A stretch of 64,000 nt of DNA from contig OZ024759.1 of assembly GCA_964016885.1 (NCBI GenBank), positions 30,070,001 to 30,134,000 of the forward strand, written 5' to 3'. The DNA is from Eledone cirrhosa. Taxonomy: Eukaryota. The position numbers were made by a program, and so were the translations under genes. Under the pieces are notes generated by a model that did no database searches, was not told the DNA's origin, and saw only the letters and a program-made list of their open reading frames with translations. This document shows positions 28,101 to 42,143 of this stretch, piece after piece (within the stretch, counting starts at the first letter, position 1; each line of letters starts with the position of its first letter).

Positions 28101-28105
<5 letters not shown>
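27900..28105 (-). mobile_element. Palindromic PLE end with a half hammerhead (64-bp arms plus tail)
   Basis: 27978-28041 is the reverse complement of 28042-28105 (1 mismatch). GAAA-CGGC..GCCG-TC helix III. Tail homologous to 26615-26706. Motif also at 9017-9055 and 53595-53635. Confidence 0.75.
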
Positions 28106-28165
<60 letters not shown>

Positions 28166-28654
28166 GGGAGGAGTTTATTTGAAACATGGTATATAACATT
28201 TAAAGTTAGAAAGCCATGACAATGTGAAATGGAGAATTAAAGAGAGAAACAAGGAGTATGTTTTACTTTAATTTATTTATATGTCCTGATATTTCGAGAT
28301 TAAAATCACTTCTTAGGGAAAATAAAAGGGACTAATCCAGTGTCTGATGAGGCACGTTATACCATGCATGATATAGCGTGCCTCATTGTCGTAGCTTTCT
28401 CACTTCAAATTATATATATATAAGTTTTAAAATATGGCCGAAGACAACGAAAAGCGGACGGGACAGGTCACAGAACAGTCTCTTCTCATCAGTCGATCTC
28501 TGGGGGTCCTTATGATTTCAGTGTATTAAGGTCGACACTATATATTTATATATATATAGTGTATTAAAGTCTACATTATAAATATATATATATATATATA
28601 TAGTGTATTAAAGTCTACATTATATATATATATATATAGTGTATTAAAGTCGAC

Positions 28655-28711
<57 letters not shown>

Positions 28712-28712
28712 T

Positions 28713-28765
28713 GAGATTCTACAGGACTAGAACTGTTTCATTCTTTAGAAATCATCAGGAATCTC
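28713..28765 (-). ncRNA. Full type I hammerhead ribozyme with helix III
   Basis: Minus: GAGATTC-CTGATGA-T TTC taaa GAA T-GAAA-CAG ttctagtc CTG-TA|GAATCTC. Truncated relative at 33601-33639. Confidence 0.85.
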
Positions 28766-28826
28766 TGCTATGTATTGAGTACCTTACTTACTGTGGTTAC
28801 CTCCGATTAAACCCGGAATAACGTAC

Positions 28827-28865
<39 letters not shown>

Positions 28866-29979
28866 TGTGTGTGTACGCGCACACAAGTTTACGTTCGTGA
28901 CTGCATTTTTTGTTTATGTCCCGGGACCTAGCGCTTCGACAAAGCAGGGATCGATAAAATAAGTACCAAACTTAAAAAAAACAAACAAACAAGCCAACAA
29001 ACACATACAAGCAAAACAAAAAAACACCCAGTAATTAAGGCAATAAGATCAATAAAGTCATTTTAATGACGTGCTGCCCCAGCATGGCCGAAGTCTGATG
29101 ACTGAAAACCCGAGAAGAAGAATAAAAACGAGGAATCAAATACAAAATTGGTTCTTAGAATGAATTCTAAGATACAACATTCCACCGCCTCTCCACAAAA
29201 GAAATAAAAAGCAGAAAAAAACAAACAGAGAAAGACCCACAACAATTCGAAATTTATAAGAAAAGAAACGAATAATCGCAAATAAAGAAAAAAAGATCTT
29301 CAACTTAGCTCTAAGGTATAAATAACAAAACAACTTATTTGTTTGACATTTCTAAAATATCGATGGAAATATAGAGAGAATGTTGGAATAGTGTTAAGAT
29401 TTTATGTTTATTTTCGTTTCAACATCGTTCTGAAATTTCTTTCTTTACTCTTAGATTTTAAGCACACACATGCATATATGATATATATATATATATATAT
29501 ATGATATATATATATATGATATATATATATATGATAAATATATATGATATATATATATTAATTGTTTTATAAAGTCTTTGTTTCTAGGTAGAGGTATGTC
29601 TTTTAAAGAGGAAGTAATCTTAAAGATATGATATATATATATATATATATATATGATATATATATATATATGATATATATATATGATATAATATATATAT
29701 ATGATATATATATATATATGATATATATATACATATATGATATATATATATATATGATATATATATATATGATATATATATATATATGATATACATATAT
29801 ATATATATATGATATATATATATATATGATATATATATATATGATATATATATATATATATATGATATACATATATATATATATATATATATGATATATA
29901 TATATATGATATACATATATATGATATATATGATATATATATGATATATATATATATATATGATATATATATATATATA

Positions 29980-30097
<118 letters not shown>

Positions 30098-30540
30098 TAT
30101 ATATATATATATCATATATATATCATATATATATATGTATCATATATATATCATATATATCATATATATCATACTCTCTGATGATATGGGATCGATTGTG
30201 CATTGGATATCGAATGCTCTACTAAATATATAATATTATAGATGTAGCGAGATCAAGGCAAATAGATGTCTATTGAAACGTACGTAAGAACCGAATAAAT
30301 CTCTTTTACTGCATCTTTCTGTTCTTTTTAATTCTTTATACACGCCCCGGAATATAGCTAAACTGGAATATACACCTTTTTTCTGCATTTCGTTGAGCAC
30401 CACTCTGTTGTAAGCTGACATTCCACTACACGGTACCTAACACTGTGTCCTGGAAAACATTAATGCACTCGTGCATAACCAATTATATATATATATATAT
30501 ATTGATGTGAGAAAAACCACAGACCCTCCATCTCAACTCA

Positions 30541-30578
30541 CCTTTTGAAAAGCAGAAGAACTGCGAAACCGGTAAAGG
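30541..30578 (+). ncRNA. Hammerhead ribozyme, U3-A8 core variant
   Basis: CCTT-TTGAAAA-GCAG aagaa CTGC-GAAA-CCGG-TA|AAGG. Confidence 0.8.
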
Positions 30579-30647
30579 AACCAAATAAATATATATATTT
30601 TTAAAAAAAATAAGACTTCAGTTGCATTTTCAATTTCATCCCTTTTT

Positions 30648-30799
<152 letters not shown>

Positions 30800-30961
30800 A
30801 TATATATATATATATATGATATAATATATATATATATATATATATATACGATATATATATATACGATATATATATATATGTATATACATATATATATATA
30901 TATATATAATATATATATATGTATATATGATATATATCTGTATATATGATATTGTATATAT

Positions 30962-31100
30962 GGACACACTAGAAGAGGAAGACCAAGGTTAACGTATGTT
31001 GATGCCCTAAGGACAGACACTGGTCTGTTGGAGACGCAGGACATGGCAGCGATAATGAGGGACAGAGACCGCTGGAGAGAACTCGTCCATGGATCTCGGG
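30962..31100 (+). mobile_element. RTE-like LINE 3' end fragment within (AT)n
   Basis: Translates GHTRRGRPRLTYVDALRTDTG..MRDRDRWRELV, the RTE C-terminal motif. Confidence 0.65.
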
Positions 31101-31289
31101 AATTTTACCCGCCTTAGATAGATAGATATATATATGATATATATATATATATATATCATATATACATATATACAATATCATATATACATATATATATGTA
31201 TATATGATATATATATTTGTATGTATGTTTATATGATATATGTATGTATGTTTATATGATATATATATGTATATATATATTTATATAAG

Positions 31290-31557
31290 CGTGAGCTTCC
31301 AACAGAAATGGTCGCATTCTTTAAGGGTATGTCAATATTTATTTATAAAACTGATCTATATTATATTTTATCTGATGAAAGCGCACCATAATTTGGCTTG
31401 GTGTCCTTGAAATATGTATAATGAAATAAATATGGTTTTATAAATATAGTTTCCATTTGTTAATATATCGTATTTTTAGTCCAATAATTTGTTGAGTGCT
31501 TTGTATCAGTTATAAAAATATTTGCTTGTTGTATCCCAACAATTTAAATATAACTTC

Positions 31558-31560
<3 letters not shown>
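31290..31560 (+). mobile_element. Solo pLTR-like element, family H1, with HHR at 31363-31427
   Basis: CTGATGA-AAG c GCACCA..TGGTGT c CTT-GAAA-TATGTA-TA. Homologous to 48012-48350 and 46092-46441. (AT)n flanks. Confidence 0.8.
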
Positions 31561-31611
<51 letters not shown>

Positions 31612-31812
31612 CATATATATGTTTTTATACACACACATATATATATATGTTTATATGTATATAAATATATATATGGTTTATATATATATATCTTTTTTTG
31701 GCATAGTGATTCGAGTTTAATTCTTTTTAAAACCAAGATTACCCCATATTGCATGTGCAGTAGAAAGAACGGATAGGAAATAAAACTAAATTTAATTCGG
31801 GTAATCACATTC

Positions 31813-31892
<80 letters not shown>

Positions 31893-31988
31893 AGTGAGTG
31901 TGTATGGCAAATGGGAACAACCAATCAGGCTACACAGTACAATTAAGAAATATATTATTAGTTTTACGTTGATATTGTAAGAAAAGAG

Positions 31989-32024
31989 TCTTAACGTTTT
32001 GGACGCTAGTCCTTCATCAGAAGA
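31989..32024 (-). pseudogene. Minimal hammerhead with G12A substitution
   Basis: Minus: TCTT-CTGATGA-A-GGAC tagc GTCC-AAAA-CG-TT-AAGA. Confidence 0.6.
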
Positions 32025-32392
32025 AATAATGAGGGATATATATATATTCATTTTATCATAGAAGACTAGAACTGTGGTATGAGCGAGAGGGGTGATGGGA
32101 GGAGGGAAGCAGTGGTGTGAGTGAGAGATGGGCATGGGAGGACAATTATTTTATAAACCTTTTTTTGTACTAACATTTAGAACCCCCCCCCCCTCACTTT
32201 AACGTATATTGTTGTATTTATATTTAAACAAACAAAAGGGAAACGCAAGGAAAGAAAGAATAGGGCAATATAGAAGGAAAGAAAAGAGAGAAAAAAGAAA
32301 AAAAAGAACGGAAAGGGAGGGGATGACGAGAAGGGGATTGGGGGGAGGGTGATTGGTGTTTGGGCCTAGGGCAAAGGGGCACGAGTGCTTAA

Positions 32393-32749
32393 CCCTTTAG
32401 CATTTAAACCGGCTATATCCGGCCAGATTTCTCTCATCTCTTTCTGCTCAAACCGGCTGTAACCGGACACTCGTACTTATGTTAATGTATTGTTCTCAAA
32501 ATAAATAATATCAAAATCTCATAGATTCGATATAATTGTTTCTACGTTTGGCACAAGGCCAGCAATTATCCCCGTGTATTACTGATGCTTTATTTTAGCG
32601 ACCCCGTAAGGATGAAAGGCAAAGTTATTTGAACTCAGGCCATAAAGGGACGTAACATAGATTCGATATAATGTGATATAATTATGTGAGATAAAGCCTT
32701 TACAGTGAAAATACAATAGTAAATAGAGAGTAATGTAAATGCTAAAGAG
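32393..32749. mobile_element. piggyBac-like MITE with nested SINE
   Basis: TTAA|CCCTTTAGCATTT ... AAATGCTAAAGAG|TTAA. A second right end at about 36960-37040. Confidence 0.75.
32533..32657 (-). mobile_element. SINE family A, 5'-truncated
   Basis: 17-bp TSD CATAGATTCGATATAAT. Confidence 0.8.
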
Positions 32750-32970
32750 TTAACAAACTAAATCTCGTTCGTGGAATATATATCACAGCAGTGAAGGAGA
32801 TGCAATTCGTGTAATATTAACAGGAAGTGAATTATTTAAAACTTTAAGAGAAGTAACTCTTGAAAATATCGAAGAATATTTTCTACGAGTAATTTCCCTT
32901 GAGAAATGGAAATTCCGAGAAAATGGAGAGAAAACGACTAATTGTAGCGCTGTTTCTCAACATACTAGAA

Positions 32971-33153
32971 ATAATTGTTTCTACTTTAGGCACAAGGCCA
33001 GCAAATACCCAGTGCATTACTGGTACTTTATTTTATCGACCCCGTAAGGATGAAAGGCAAAGTCAACCTCGGCGCGATTTGAACTCAGATCGTAAAGGGA
33101 CGTAACTATGCTGGAAAGCATGGCGTCCGACCCTCTACCGATACTGCCAATCC
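32971..33153 (-). mobile_element. SINE family A
   Basis: Full body, flanked by AGAAATAAT on both sides. Confidence 0.85.
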
Positions 33154-33532
33154 ACAGAAATAATAGTAATATCTCCCTCAAATCTCACCGCGCAATTTAC
33201 TAAATACAATACACAGCATAAAATGGTTTTAGACGCATTATACCTGAAAATTGATATGAATATCTTGGATGATAGGGCAGCGAATTGGCAGAGTCGTTAG
33301 AACTTTGTGGTATTCGTTCTGGCACTTTCTAAGTTCAAATCCCGTCGAAATAAACTTTGCCTTTCATCCATTCGAGGTCGATAAAAATGTAACAGTCTAG
33401 TACTGGGGTTAATTCTTCCTATATATATCTTTCTCACTTCCATTTTCTCACTCTCTATCCTTGTGTGGTTTATTTAAAACATGTCCTAGGAGGCACACAC
33501 AAACACAGACGCGCGCACACACACACACACAC

Positions 33533-33580
<48 letters not shown>

Positions 33581-33673
33581 TTATATAATATAGAAATGGC
33601 TTCTCCAGGACTAGAACTGTTTCATTCGGGAGAAATCATACATACACATTTCTATAAATACACACACACAAAT

Positions 33674-33780
<107 letters not shown>

Positions 33781-34031
33781 ACTTACTGGTAATAAGAAAA
33801 TTAAGAAATTACTGACCTTCCTGTTTATAGTTGTTGATACTATATACATAACTATAAATAGTATCATTATTATTATGTATATATACATATATATATATAT
33901 ACATATGAACAGGTAGATATTTAAATCATTTTTTAATTTATTTAAAGGATTGTTTAATGTTTGTTTGTTCTGCTCATCAATTTTTATACATATACATATA
34001 CATATATATATATATATACATATATATATAC

Positions 34032-34064
<33 letters not shown>

Positions 34065-34112
34065 TGAATGTATATATTTCAGAGCACCAATTCTAATTTT
34101 ATATATATACAT

Positions 34113-34162
<50 letters not shown>

Positions 34163-34410
34163 AACCTTGATTATATATTTATATATATATATATATATTT
34201 ATAAAAGTATATATAAACCCGTAGACTATATATTTATTATTATGGTCCCGAATCCTTCATATATATATATTTAATAAAATAACAGATTCAAATTTAAGCA
34301 AAGAATCGCTGCTTTCACTCTTAACGGGATCTCATATTTATCCTTATCGAGCCCTCTTCGGATTTTAGTCTTCACATTTAATATTATTACTATATATAAT
34401 AGTAATAATA

Positions 34411-35238
34411 TTCAAATCGCGCCGAGGTTAACTTTGCCTTTCATCCTTACGGGGTCGATAAAATAAAGTACCAGTAATGTACTGGGTATTTGCTGGCCTT
34501 GTGCCTAAAGTAGCAACAATTATTACTATATATATATATATATAAAAATTATATATTGAGTTAAAGACACACAACAATCCCTTATAATTAAAATAGCTCA
34601 AGGAAAAAATTTCCGAGCCTCATAATATAATTGTTTCTAGATTTGGCACAAGTCCAGCAATTACCTAGTACATTACTGGTACTTTATTTTATCGACCCCG
34701 TAAGGATGAAAGACAAAGTTAACATCGACGGGATTTGAACTCAGACCATAACTATGCTGGAAAGCATGGCGTCCGACACTCTACCGATACTGCCCATTCT
34801 ATAATATAATAACTGTTTCTACGTTAGGCACAAGTCCAGCAATTACCCAGTGCATTACTGGTACTTTATTTTATCGACCCCGTAAGGATGAAAGGCAAAG
34901 TCAACCTCGGCGGGATTCTATAACATAATAACGAGAGACAGACACAGATATATACATATATACGTCCCCTGTGATTTGAACCCTTATATATAGATATCTG
35001 TATTTGCCTCTCTTTATTATATTATATTATATATGTATATATAGGTGGATTGGCAGTATCGGTAGAGGGTCGGACGCCATGCTTTGAAGCATAGAGTTAC
35101 CTCCCTTTATAATCTGAGTTCAAATCCCGCCGAGGTTAACTTTGCCTTTCATTCTTACGGGGTCGATAAAATAAAGTATCAGTCACGCACTGGGGTCAAT
35201 TTCACCGACTTTTCCCTCCCCCCCAAAATGACTGGCCT
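34411..35238. mobile_element. Cluster of SINE A copies (34411-34522 +, 34627-34797 -, 34808-34917 -, 35043-35238 + long subfamily)
   Basis: Repeated family A body in both orientations. Confidence 0.85.
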
Positions 35239-35340
35239 TGTGCCTAAATAAGAAACCATTATATATATATATATATACATATATATACATATATATACAT
35301 ATATATATATACATATATATATACATATATATATATATAC

Positions 35341-35373
<33 letters not shown>

Positions 35374-35398
35374 CATATATATATACATATATATATAC

Positions 35399-35431
<33 letters not shown>

Positions 35432-35432
35432 C

Positions 35433-35463
<31 letters not shown>

Positions 35464-35500
35464 CATATATATACATATATATATATACATATATATATAC

Positions 35501-35533
<33 letters not shown>

Positions 35534-35546
35534 CATATATATATAC

Positions 35547-35615
<69 letters not shown>

Positions 35616-35616
35616 C

Positions 35617-35871
<255 letters not shown>

Positions 35872-35891
35872 CACCTGTTTTTTTACTCTCT

Positions 35892-36080
35892 GTGGATTGG
35901 ACAGTATCGGTAGAGGGTCGGACGCCATGCTTTCCAGCATAGTTACGTCCCTTTACAATCTGAGGAGTTCAAATCCCGCCGAGGTTGACTTAGCCTTTCA
36001 TCCTTACGGAGTCGATAAAATAAAGTACCAGTAATACACTGGGTAATTGCTGGCCTTGTGCCTAAAGTAGAAACAATTAT
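35892..36080 (+). mobile_element. SINE family A
   Basis: Full body and tail. Confidence 0.85.
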
Positions 36081-36654
36081 ATATATATATATATGAAAAT
36101 CGAAATAGTAGTAGTAGATATATTCATTGATTTTTTTATTTCTTTTCTATTCGAATCTAATTGCCGATTTGTTTTGCTCATATCTTTTCGCCAGTAACAT
36201 ATGTCAAGGGCGAAAGAAAGAAAATCTATATATGGTGTTGTAATGTAAGTATGTTATCAAGTCTATGAGCACGACCGAGTATTGATATATATATGTATAT
36301 ACATAGATATACACACGTTTTACTATTTAAGCTCTTGATTTACAGTATTGACAAACGTAATCAATAAGCCATGTTGTTGAGAAATCATGTGAAAACAATT
36401 GAGAGGGCATGTGTGTGGGGGTTGTGTGGGGGTGGATACGTCAATTGTACAATCTGGCATGGAGCTTACGATTTTGCTGCATACAGTGATAGCTATTTTC
36501 CTTCTGAGTTCAAATCCCTACGAGCTAAATATAGAGGAAGAAACGACCTCTGTACTAGACTGGTTCTTTTTATTTTATCGACCACGAATGAATGAAAGGT
36601 GAAGTTGACCTCAGTAAACTACACTGATAGAGAAGAAGTGAGAAAGAAATATAA

Positions 36655-36945
36655 ATAATTGTTTCTACTTTAGGCACAAGGCCAGCAATTATCCAGTACA
36701 TTACTGGTACTTTATTTTATCGACTCCGTAGGGATGAAAGGCAAAGTCAACCTCGGCGCTTAATAATTGTTTCTACTTTTGGCACAAGGCCAGCAATTAT
36801 CCAGTGCATTACTGGTACTTTATTTTATCGACCCCGTAAGGATGAAAGGCAAAGTTAACCTCGGCGGGATTTGAACTCAAACCATAACGGGGCGTAACTC
36901 TTTGCTGCAAAGCATAGCGTCAGACCCTCTACCGATACTGCCAGC
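36655..36945 (-). mobile_element. Tandem SINE A copies (36655-36758 partial, 36761-36945 full)
   Basis: Family A body twice. Confidence 0.85.
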
Positions 36946-37285
36946 TTAATAATATAACAATTTCAGATTCGATGTTATGTGAGATAAAGCCTTTGTGAAA
37001 ATATAATAATAAATATGTAATGTAAATGCTAAAGGTTTAAAACAACGATAACAGCCTCCCTTTTCATTTACTGAGTTAGTTTGATGTTTGTTGCTATTTA
37101 GCTGAAGACACTTGATAATCAGAACAAGTTAGGAAAAAAAAGGTTAGAGCTATATTAAGATATAGTTTCACAAACCTGAGTAGCCACGTACTTAATGCCG
37201 GGAGAATGAGAGAGAGATGGGGGATAGGGGGATAGGGATATTTATATAGAGAGAGAGGGGGGGATGAGAGAGAGAGGGGAGAGGG

Positions 37286-37321
<36 letters not shown>

Positions 37322-37367
37322 GGGGGGAGGGATATATATATATATATATAGAGAGAGAGGGGGAGGG

Positions 37368-37399
<32 letters not shown>

Positions 37400-37566
37400 G
37401 GATATATATATATATAGAGAGAGAGGGTGGGGGGGGAGAATGGGGGAGACAGAGAGAAAAGGAGAGAGACAGACAGAGAGATAGAGAGACAGAGAGAGAG
37501 AGGGGGGGGGGAGACAGAGAGACAGATACAGAGGGAGTCAGAGAGAGAGATCAAGACATAGATAGA

Positions 37567-38692
37567 TTTCTTTATTAGCCACAAGGGCGCAACAAGAAAA
37601 GGGGACAATACAAAGACATGCTGGGGATTTTACATACAGTCGTGTAAAAAATATAAAAACAAACAATTTCAACAATCGAAATCCCCAATAGGGGGGAGGC
37701 ACCACAAATGGGTTGTTTAATACCCCGTAGATAGAACAACCCTCAACTCCAGGAGCGTGTTGTGCAAGTGCTCCTTTCTTCCTTTTGCTCTCTTCCTCAA
37801 CCTACAGGCTTATAAACAGAGAAGGCCCAATCACTCGGGCCATTTTCTCTTTCCACCCTGATTCTCCTTCTAAAGTGATACTTAAAGAAGGGAATCAATT
37901 GTTGTCCGGAGAGAAAGGCATCTGTCCTCAGTCCTCTCAACCTCGTCCACCATATAACTTCTTTCACCATAGCCACCGTACAGAGGAACACCGCCTCTCT
38001 TTCGTTTTTGAAAGAGGCTGGCGGTTTGATCCTTACTATGGACTCGGCAGTCAACTGGATTTGTCCCATACGCGACAGCAGTTGTTCTGCATAGTTCCAC
38101 AGGTCGCTTACGCCCGGGCAGTGTACAATTGCGTGCAGAACTGTTTCAATGGTCTGCGCACATCTTGGACACGTCCTCTTGGAAGGATCCCTGCCGGGGC
38201 GTCCGTGCCTGTAGATCTTGTCACGAACCGGTAGAGCTCCTCGGTAGCACTGCCAGGCCAGGGACCTCTGGAAGTTGTCCATAGGTCCCGGGCGGAAAGT
38301 CCTACCAAACAGACTGGTGAGCTCATCGTCTTCGACGCCCAGAGTCTCTCCGAGCACGTCGTCGCCCTTGTAACGTACAATCCCTCTATAGAATGTCGAA
38401 GTGGAGTCTCCACTGATTGCTGCGCCCGCTTGCCAGAGGACTGTGAGCGCCTGAGCGCATTCAATGTGCCAGGCGCCCATCGTTTTCGGTCTTTTCTTCA
38501 CCCAGGACTGCAGCTCCGTTAGCGAGGCGAGCTGTGGGAAAGCCTGTCTCACAAACGGTGCCCACACCGGTTGGGGATCGGTGAGGAATACCTGGAGATG
38601 CCGCAGCCTCAGCGCATGTTTGCGCATCATCAGCCACGGCATTCCCAGCCCTCCGTTGGAAGGGTGCTGACAGCAGACGGATCTCCTCACCA
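37567..38692 (-). mobile_element. 5'-truncated L1/Tx1-clade LINE (ORF2 C-terminus with zf-RVT) plus 3' UTR
   Basis: GGLGMP..AWQCYRGALPVRD..CPRC..ETVLHAIVHCP..LW. 3' end AATAAAGAAA. (GATA)n on both sides. Confidence 0.85.
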
Positions 38693-38765
38693 GATAGATA
38701 GATAGATAGATAGATAGAGAAAGAGAGGGAGAAAAATAAATAAATATATATATATATATATATAT

Positions 38766-39700
38766 ATAAATGGAAAAAATGAAACGAAATTTCATTTCTC
38801 ACTCTTAGTACGGCTGTTACTTAAATATAAGTATGTATACGTACATATATATATGTATACAGACGTACAGTAGTATGTATATATATACATACATGCACAT
38901 ATATATATATGTACGTATGGATTCACCGAACATTTATTATAATGCTCGGTTTGTTTGTATACAAACATCCCGAATTAAGCCGTACAGTGTTTAGCAACCA
39001 TCGTTGCTCTTTTGTTCAACACTAACAAAGGAACGATGTACTAGTTTCAAGCTTATTAGCTATCATCAGCACTGTATACCTTCCTGCCAGATGATTGCTA
39101 AACACTGTACGGCTTAATTCGGGATGTTTGTTTACAAACAAACCGAGCATTATAATAAATGTTCGGTAAATCCATACGTACATATATATATGTGTGCATG
39201 TATGTATATATATATATACATACTACTGTACGTCTGTATACATATATATATGTACGTATACATACTTATATTTAAGTAACAGCCGTACTAAGAGTGAGAA
39301 ATGAAATTTGGTTTCATTTTTTCCGTTTATCGTTTTCGGTCCGCCCGGCCGATTAACTCACTCGATATGCAAATTAGGCTGCTCATCCGTTAATATGCAT
39401 AAGGTAAGTATATACCTTCAGACGTTCAATCATCTGGCAGGAAGGTATACGGTGCTGACGATAGCTAATAAGCTTGAAACTAGTACATCGTTCCTTTGTC
39501 AGTGTTGAACAAAAGTGCAACGATGGTTGATAAACACTGTACGGCTTAATTCGGGATGTTTGTTTACAAACAAACCGAGCATTATAACAAATGTTCGATA
39601 AACCCATACGTACATATATATATGTGTGCATGTATGTATATATATACATACTACTGTACGTCTGTATACATATGTGTATGTACGTGTACATACTTATATT
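38766..39700. mobile_element. Triplicated PLE pLTR-like element forming nested inverted repeats, with two HHRs
   Basis: 38766-38997 is inverted at 39095-39330. About 38820-39094 is inverted again at 39430-39700. Confidence 0.8.
39449..39491 (+). ncRNA. Type I hammerhead (mirror CTGATGA copy on minus strand at 39033-39075)
   Basis: ACGGTG-CTGACGA-T AGCT aata AGCT T-GAAA-CTAG-TA|CATCGT. Confidence 0.85.
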
Positions 39701-39706
39701 TATATA

Positions 39707-39766
<60 letters not shown>

Positions 39767-39974
39767 GAGAGAGAGAGAGCGAAATATGTTACCCAGGTAA
39801 GAAACTGAATATGGCGGCAGGGGCAGATGTCGAATAGATCGATCAAAACAGAAAGGTGTCGTGGGATTGGGAGGGGGGATCGATATTGATAGGAGTTTTG
39901 TAAATTGGAACACATTATGCAAAGGACACATGTCTAACGTGTAATATATAAATGTAAATATAGTTATTGAATAG

Positions 39975-40225
39975 GGCGGGTAGGGGGAGGGGTAGCGTAG
40001 GGGGAGGAGTGGAGGGGGATAGAGTAGGGGGAGAGGAGGATAGAGTAGGGGGAGAGGAGGATAGAGTAAGGGGGAGAGGAGGATAGAGTAGGGGGAGGAG
40101 GATAGAGTAGGGGAGAGGAGGATAGAGTAGGGGGGGGGGATGATAGAGTAGGGGGAGAGGAGGATAGAGTAGGGGGAGAGGATAGAGTAGGGGGGAGAGG
40201 AGGATAGAGTAGCGGGGGGGGGATA
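39975..40225 (+). repeat. G-rich about 20-bp tandem repeat (GGGGGAGAGGAGGATAGAGTA)
   Basis: About 10 units with G4-G10 runs. Confidence 0.85.
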
Positions 40226-40249
40226 GGCTCAGGAAGCGAAAAAAGAGGT

Positions 40250-40780
40250 AGGGAGTGTGTGTGAGTGTGTGAGAGAATATGTATGTGTGTGTATGTGAGA
40301 GAATGTGTGTATGTGTGTGAGTGTGTGAGAGAATGTGTGTATGTGTGTGAGTGTGTCGGAGAATATGTATGTGTGTGTGTGTGTGCGAATGTGTGTGTGA
40401 GTGTATGAGAGAATATGTATGTGAGTGTGTATGAGAGAATATGTATGTGTGTATGTGTGAGAGAATGTGGTTGTGTGTGTGCTTGTGTATGTGTGTGTGT
40501 ATGTGAGAGAATGTATGTATGTGTGTATGTGTGTGAGTGTGTGAGAGAATGTGTATGTGTGTGAGTTAGTCGGAGAATATGTATGTGTGTGTGAGAGAGA
40601 ATGTGTGTATGTGTGTGTGAGAGAATATGTATGTGAGTGTGTGTGAGAGAGAGACTGTGTATGTGAGTGTGTATGAGAGAATGTGTGGGTGTGAGTGTTT
40701 GAGAGAATGTGTATGTGTGTGAGAATGTGTGTATGTGTGAGAATGTTTGAGACAATGTGCATGTATGTGTGTGTGTCTGA
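40250..40780. repeat. (GT)n compound repeat with GAGAAT spacers
   Basis: Read directly. Confidence 0.85.
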
Positions 40781-41953
40781 GAGAGAAAGATAGAGAGAGA
40801 GAGTGTGTTTGCGAAGGAATGTGTATGTTTGCGCGAGAGAGATTTGGTAAGAGTGCGTGAAATAGTGAGAGAGAATGTGAGAGAGTGTGTGAGAGATATA
40901 GAGTGATAGAGATATATAGTGAGAGAGAGATAGAGAGAGTAGGAGAGTGGTTGAAAGAGAGGAAGGTCAGGGTAGAAGATCCTGTTATGCGGAAGATTCC
41001 GGATAGATTTTACCTGTTATTTAAAGATCCAGCAATTGTCACATTTCTTCTCACTGAATCTCCCTGAGAATTATTTTAAGGGACATGTATCTCTGGAGTA
41101 CTCGGCCACTTAATATTAATTAAAGAATTTAACGTCCTTTAATCTAAGAACTAAATGCTGATCGTTGAAACCAACGGAGGACCCGTCATGTGAACTAAGT
41201 TATCCAAAAGCAGCAGGTATACATAAAAGACGAGGTAGGAATTGCTTAATTTATATAAATTATTTATTTAAGCTTTATCTAAACTTTTCAATCTATTGTT
41301 TCATAATTTCATAGAACACTAGTGGAATAAATATTGTCCTTGAATAAGACCAACACTTTGGAATAATATTGGACATTAATAATGGGATAAATATTTCTTT
41401 GGAATCTGTTAGATTATGTGTTGTTACCCCTGTGAGACACGACTGCCCTTCAAATACACAGCCAACATTTGAAAAGGATGGTATCACTGTGTGAGGTTAC
41501 TGTCCCTCAAAGAGATTGAATCACTGTGGGAGGCTACTGTCAGTCAAAGAGATGGTAGAACTGTGTGGGGCTACTGTCCCTCAAATAAACAACCATTTCA
41601 TATGTTAGATTTTGTTTTAAAGATGCCATTTACTAAGGCCTCGGTGTGACCCAAGCCTTGTGAATAAAACTAGATATACGGAAGCTCTGTGAAGGTAGAT
41701 GATATTGATTATGCTGTTAATCCAAAGGTACAACTCACTCACATTACATTAAGAGTAACGTGCTTATGGAGAAAGTTAATACATAGCAACAGAATGCTCA
41801 GCCTCTTGCATGCTAATTTCCCGAACAAGCTGAGAAACTGACGGGGGCCTTTATAAATCGAGTATAGAAGTAGGAAGCGATGTCTATGAGATACTATGGG
41901 TAAACCATTGCTGTTATTAAAATTTATTCACTAATATTATTAACATAATAATA

Positions 41954-42143
41954 GGGCTGTGAATTGGCAGTATCGGTAGAGGGTCGGACGCCTTGCTTTG
42001 ACGCATAGAGTTACGGCCCTTGCCATTCTGAGTTTAAATCCCGCCGAGGTTAACCTGCCTTTCATCCTTACGGGGTCGATAAAATAAAGTACCAGTAATG
42101 TACTGAGTAATTGCTGGCCTTGTGCTAATAGTAGAAACAATTA
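41954..42143 (+). mobile_element. SINE family A upstream of DUF229 copy 1
   Basis: Full body. Confidence 0.85.

Noticed and set aside
29095-29110. CTGATGACTGAAAAC as a hammerhead
   Set aside because: No stem II. It looks like a SINE tail (CATGGCCG.AGTCT.ATGACTGAAA), related to 13718-13733 and inverted at about 14788.
30177-30220. CTGATGA..GAATGCTC as a hammerhead
   Set aside because: GAAA is not intact and there is no convincing helix I or II register.
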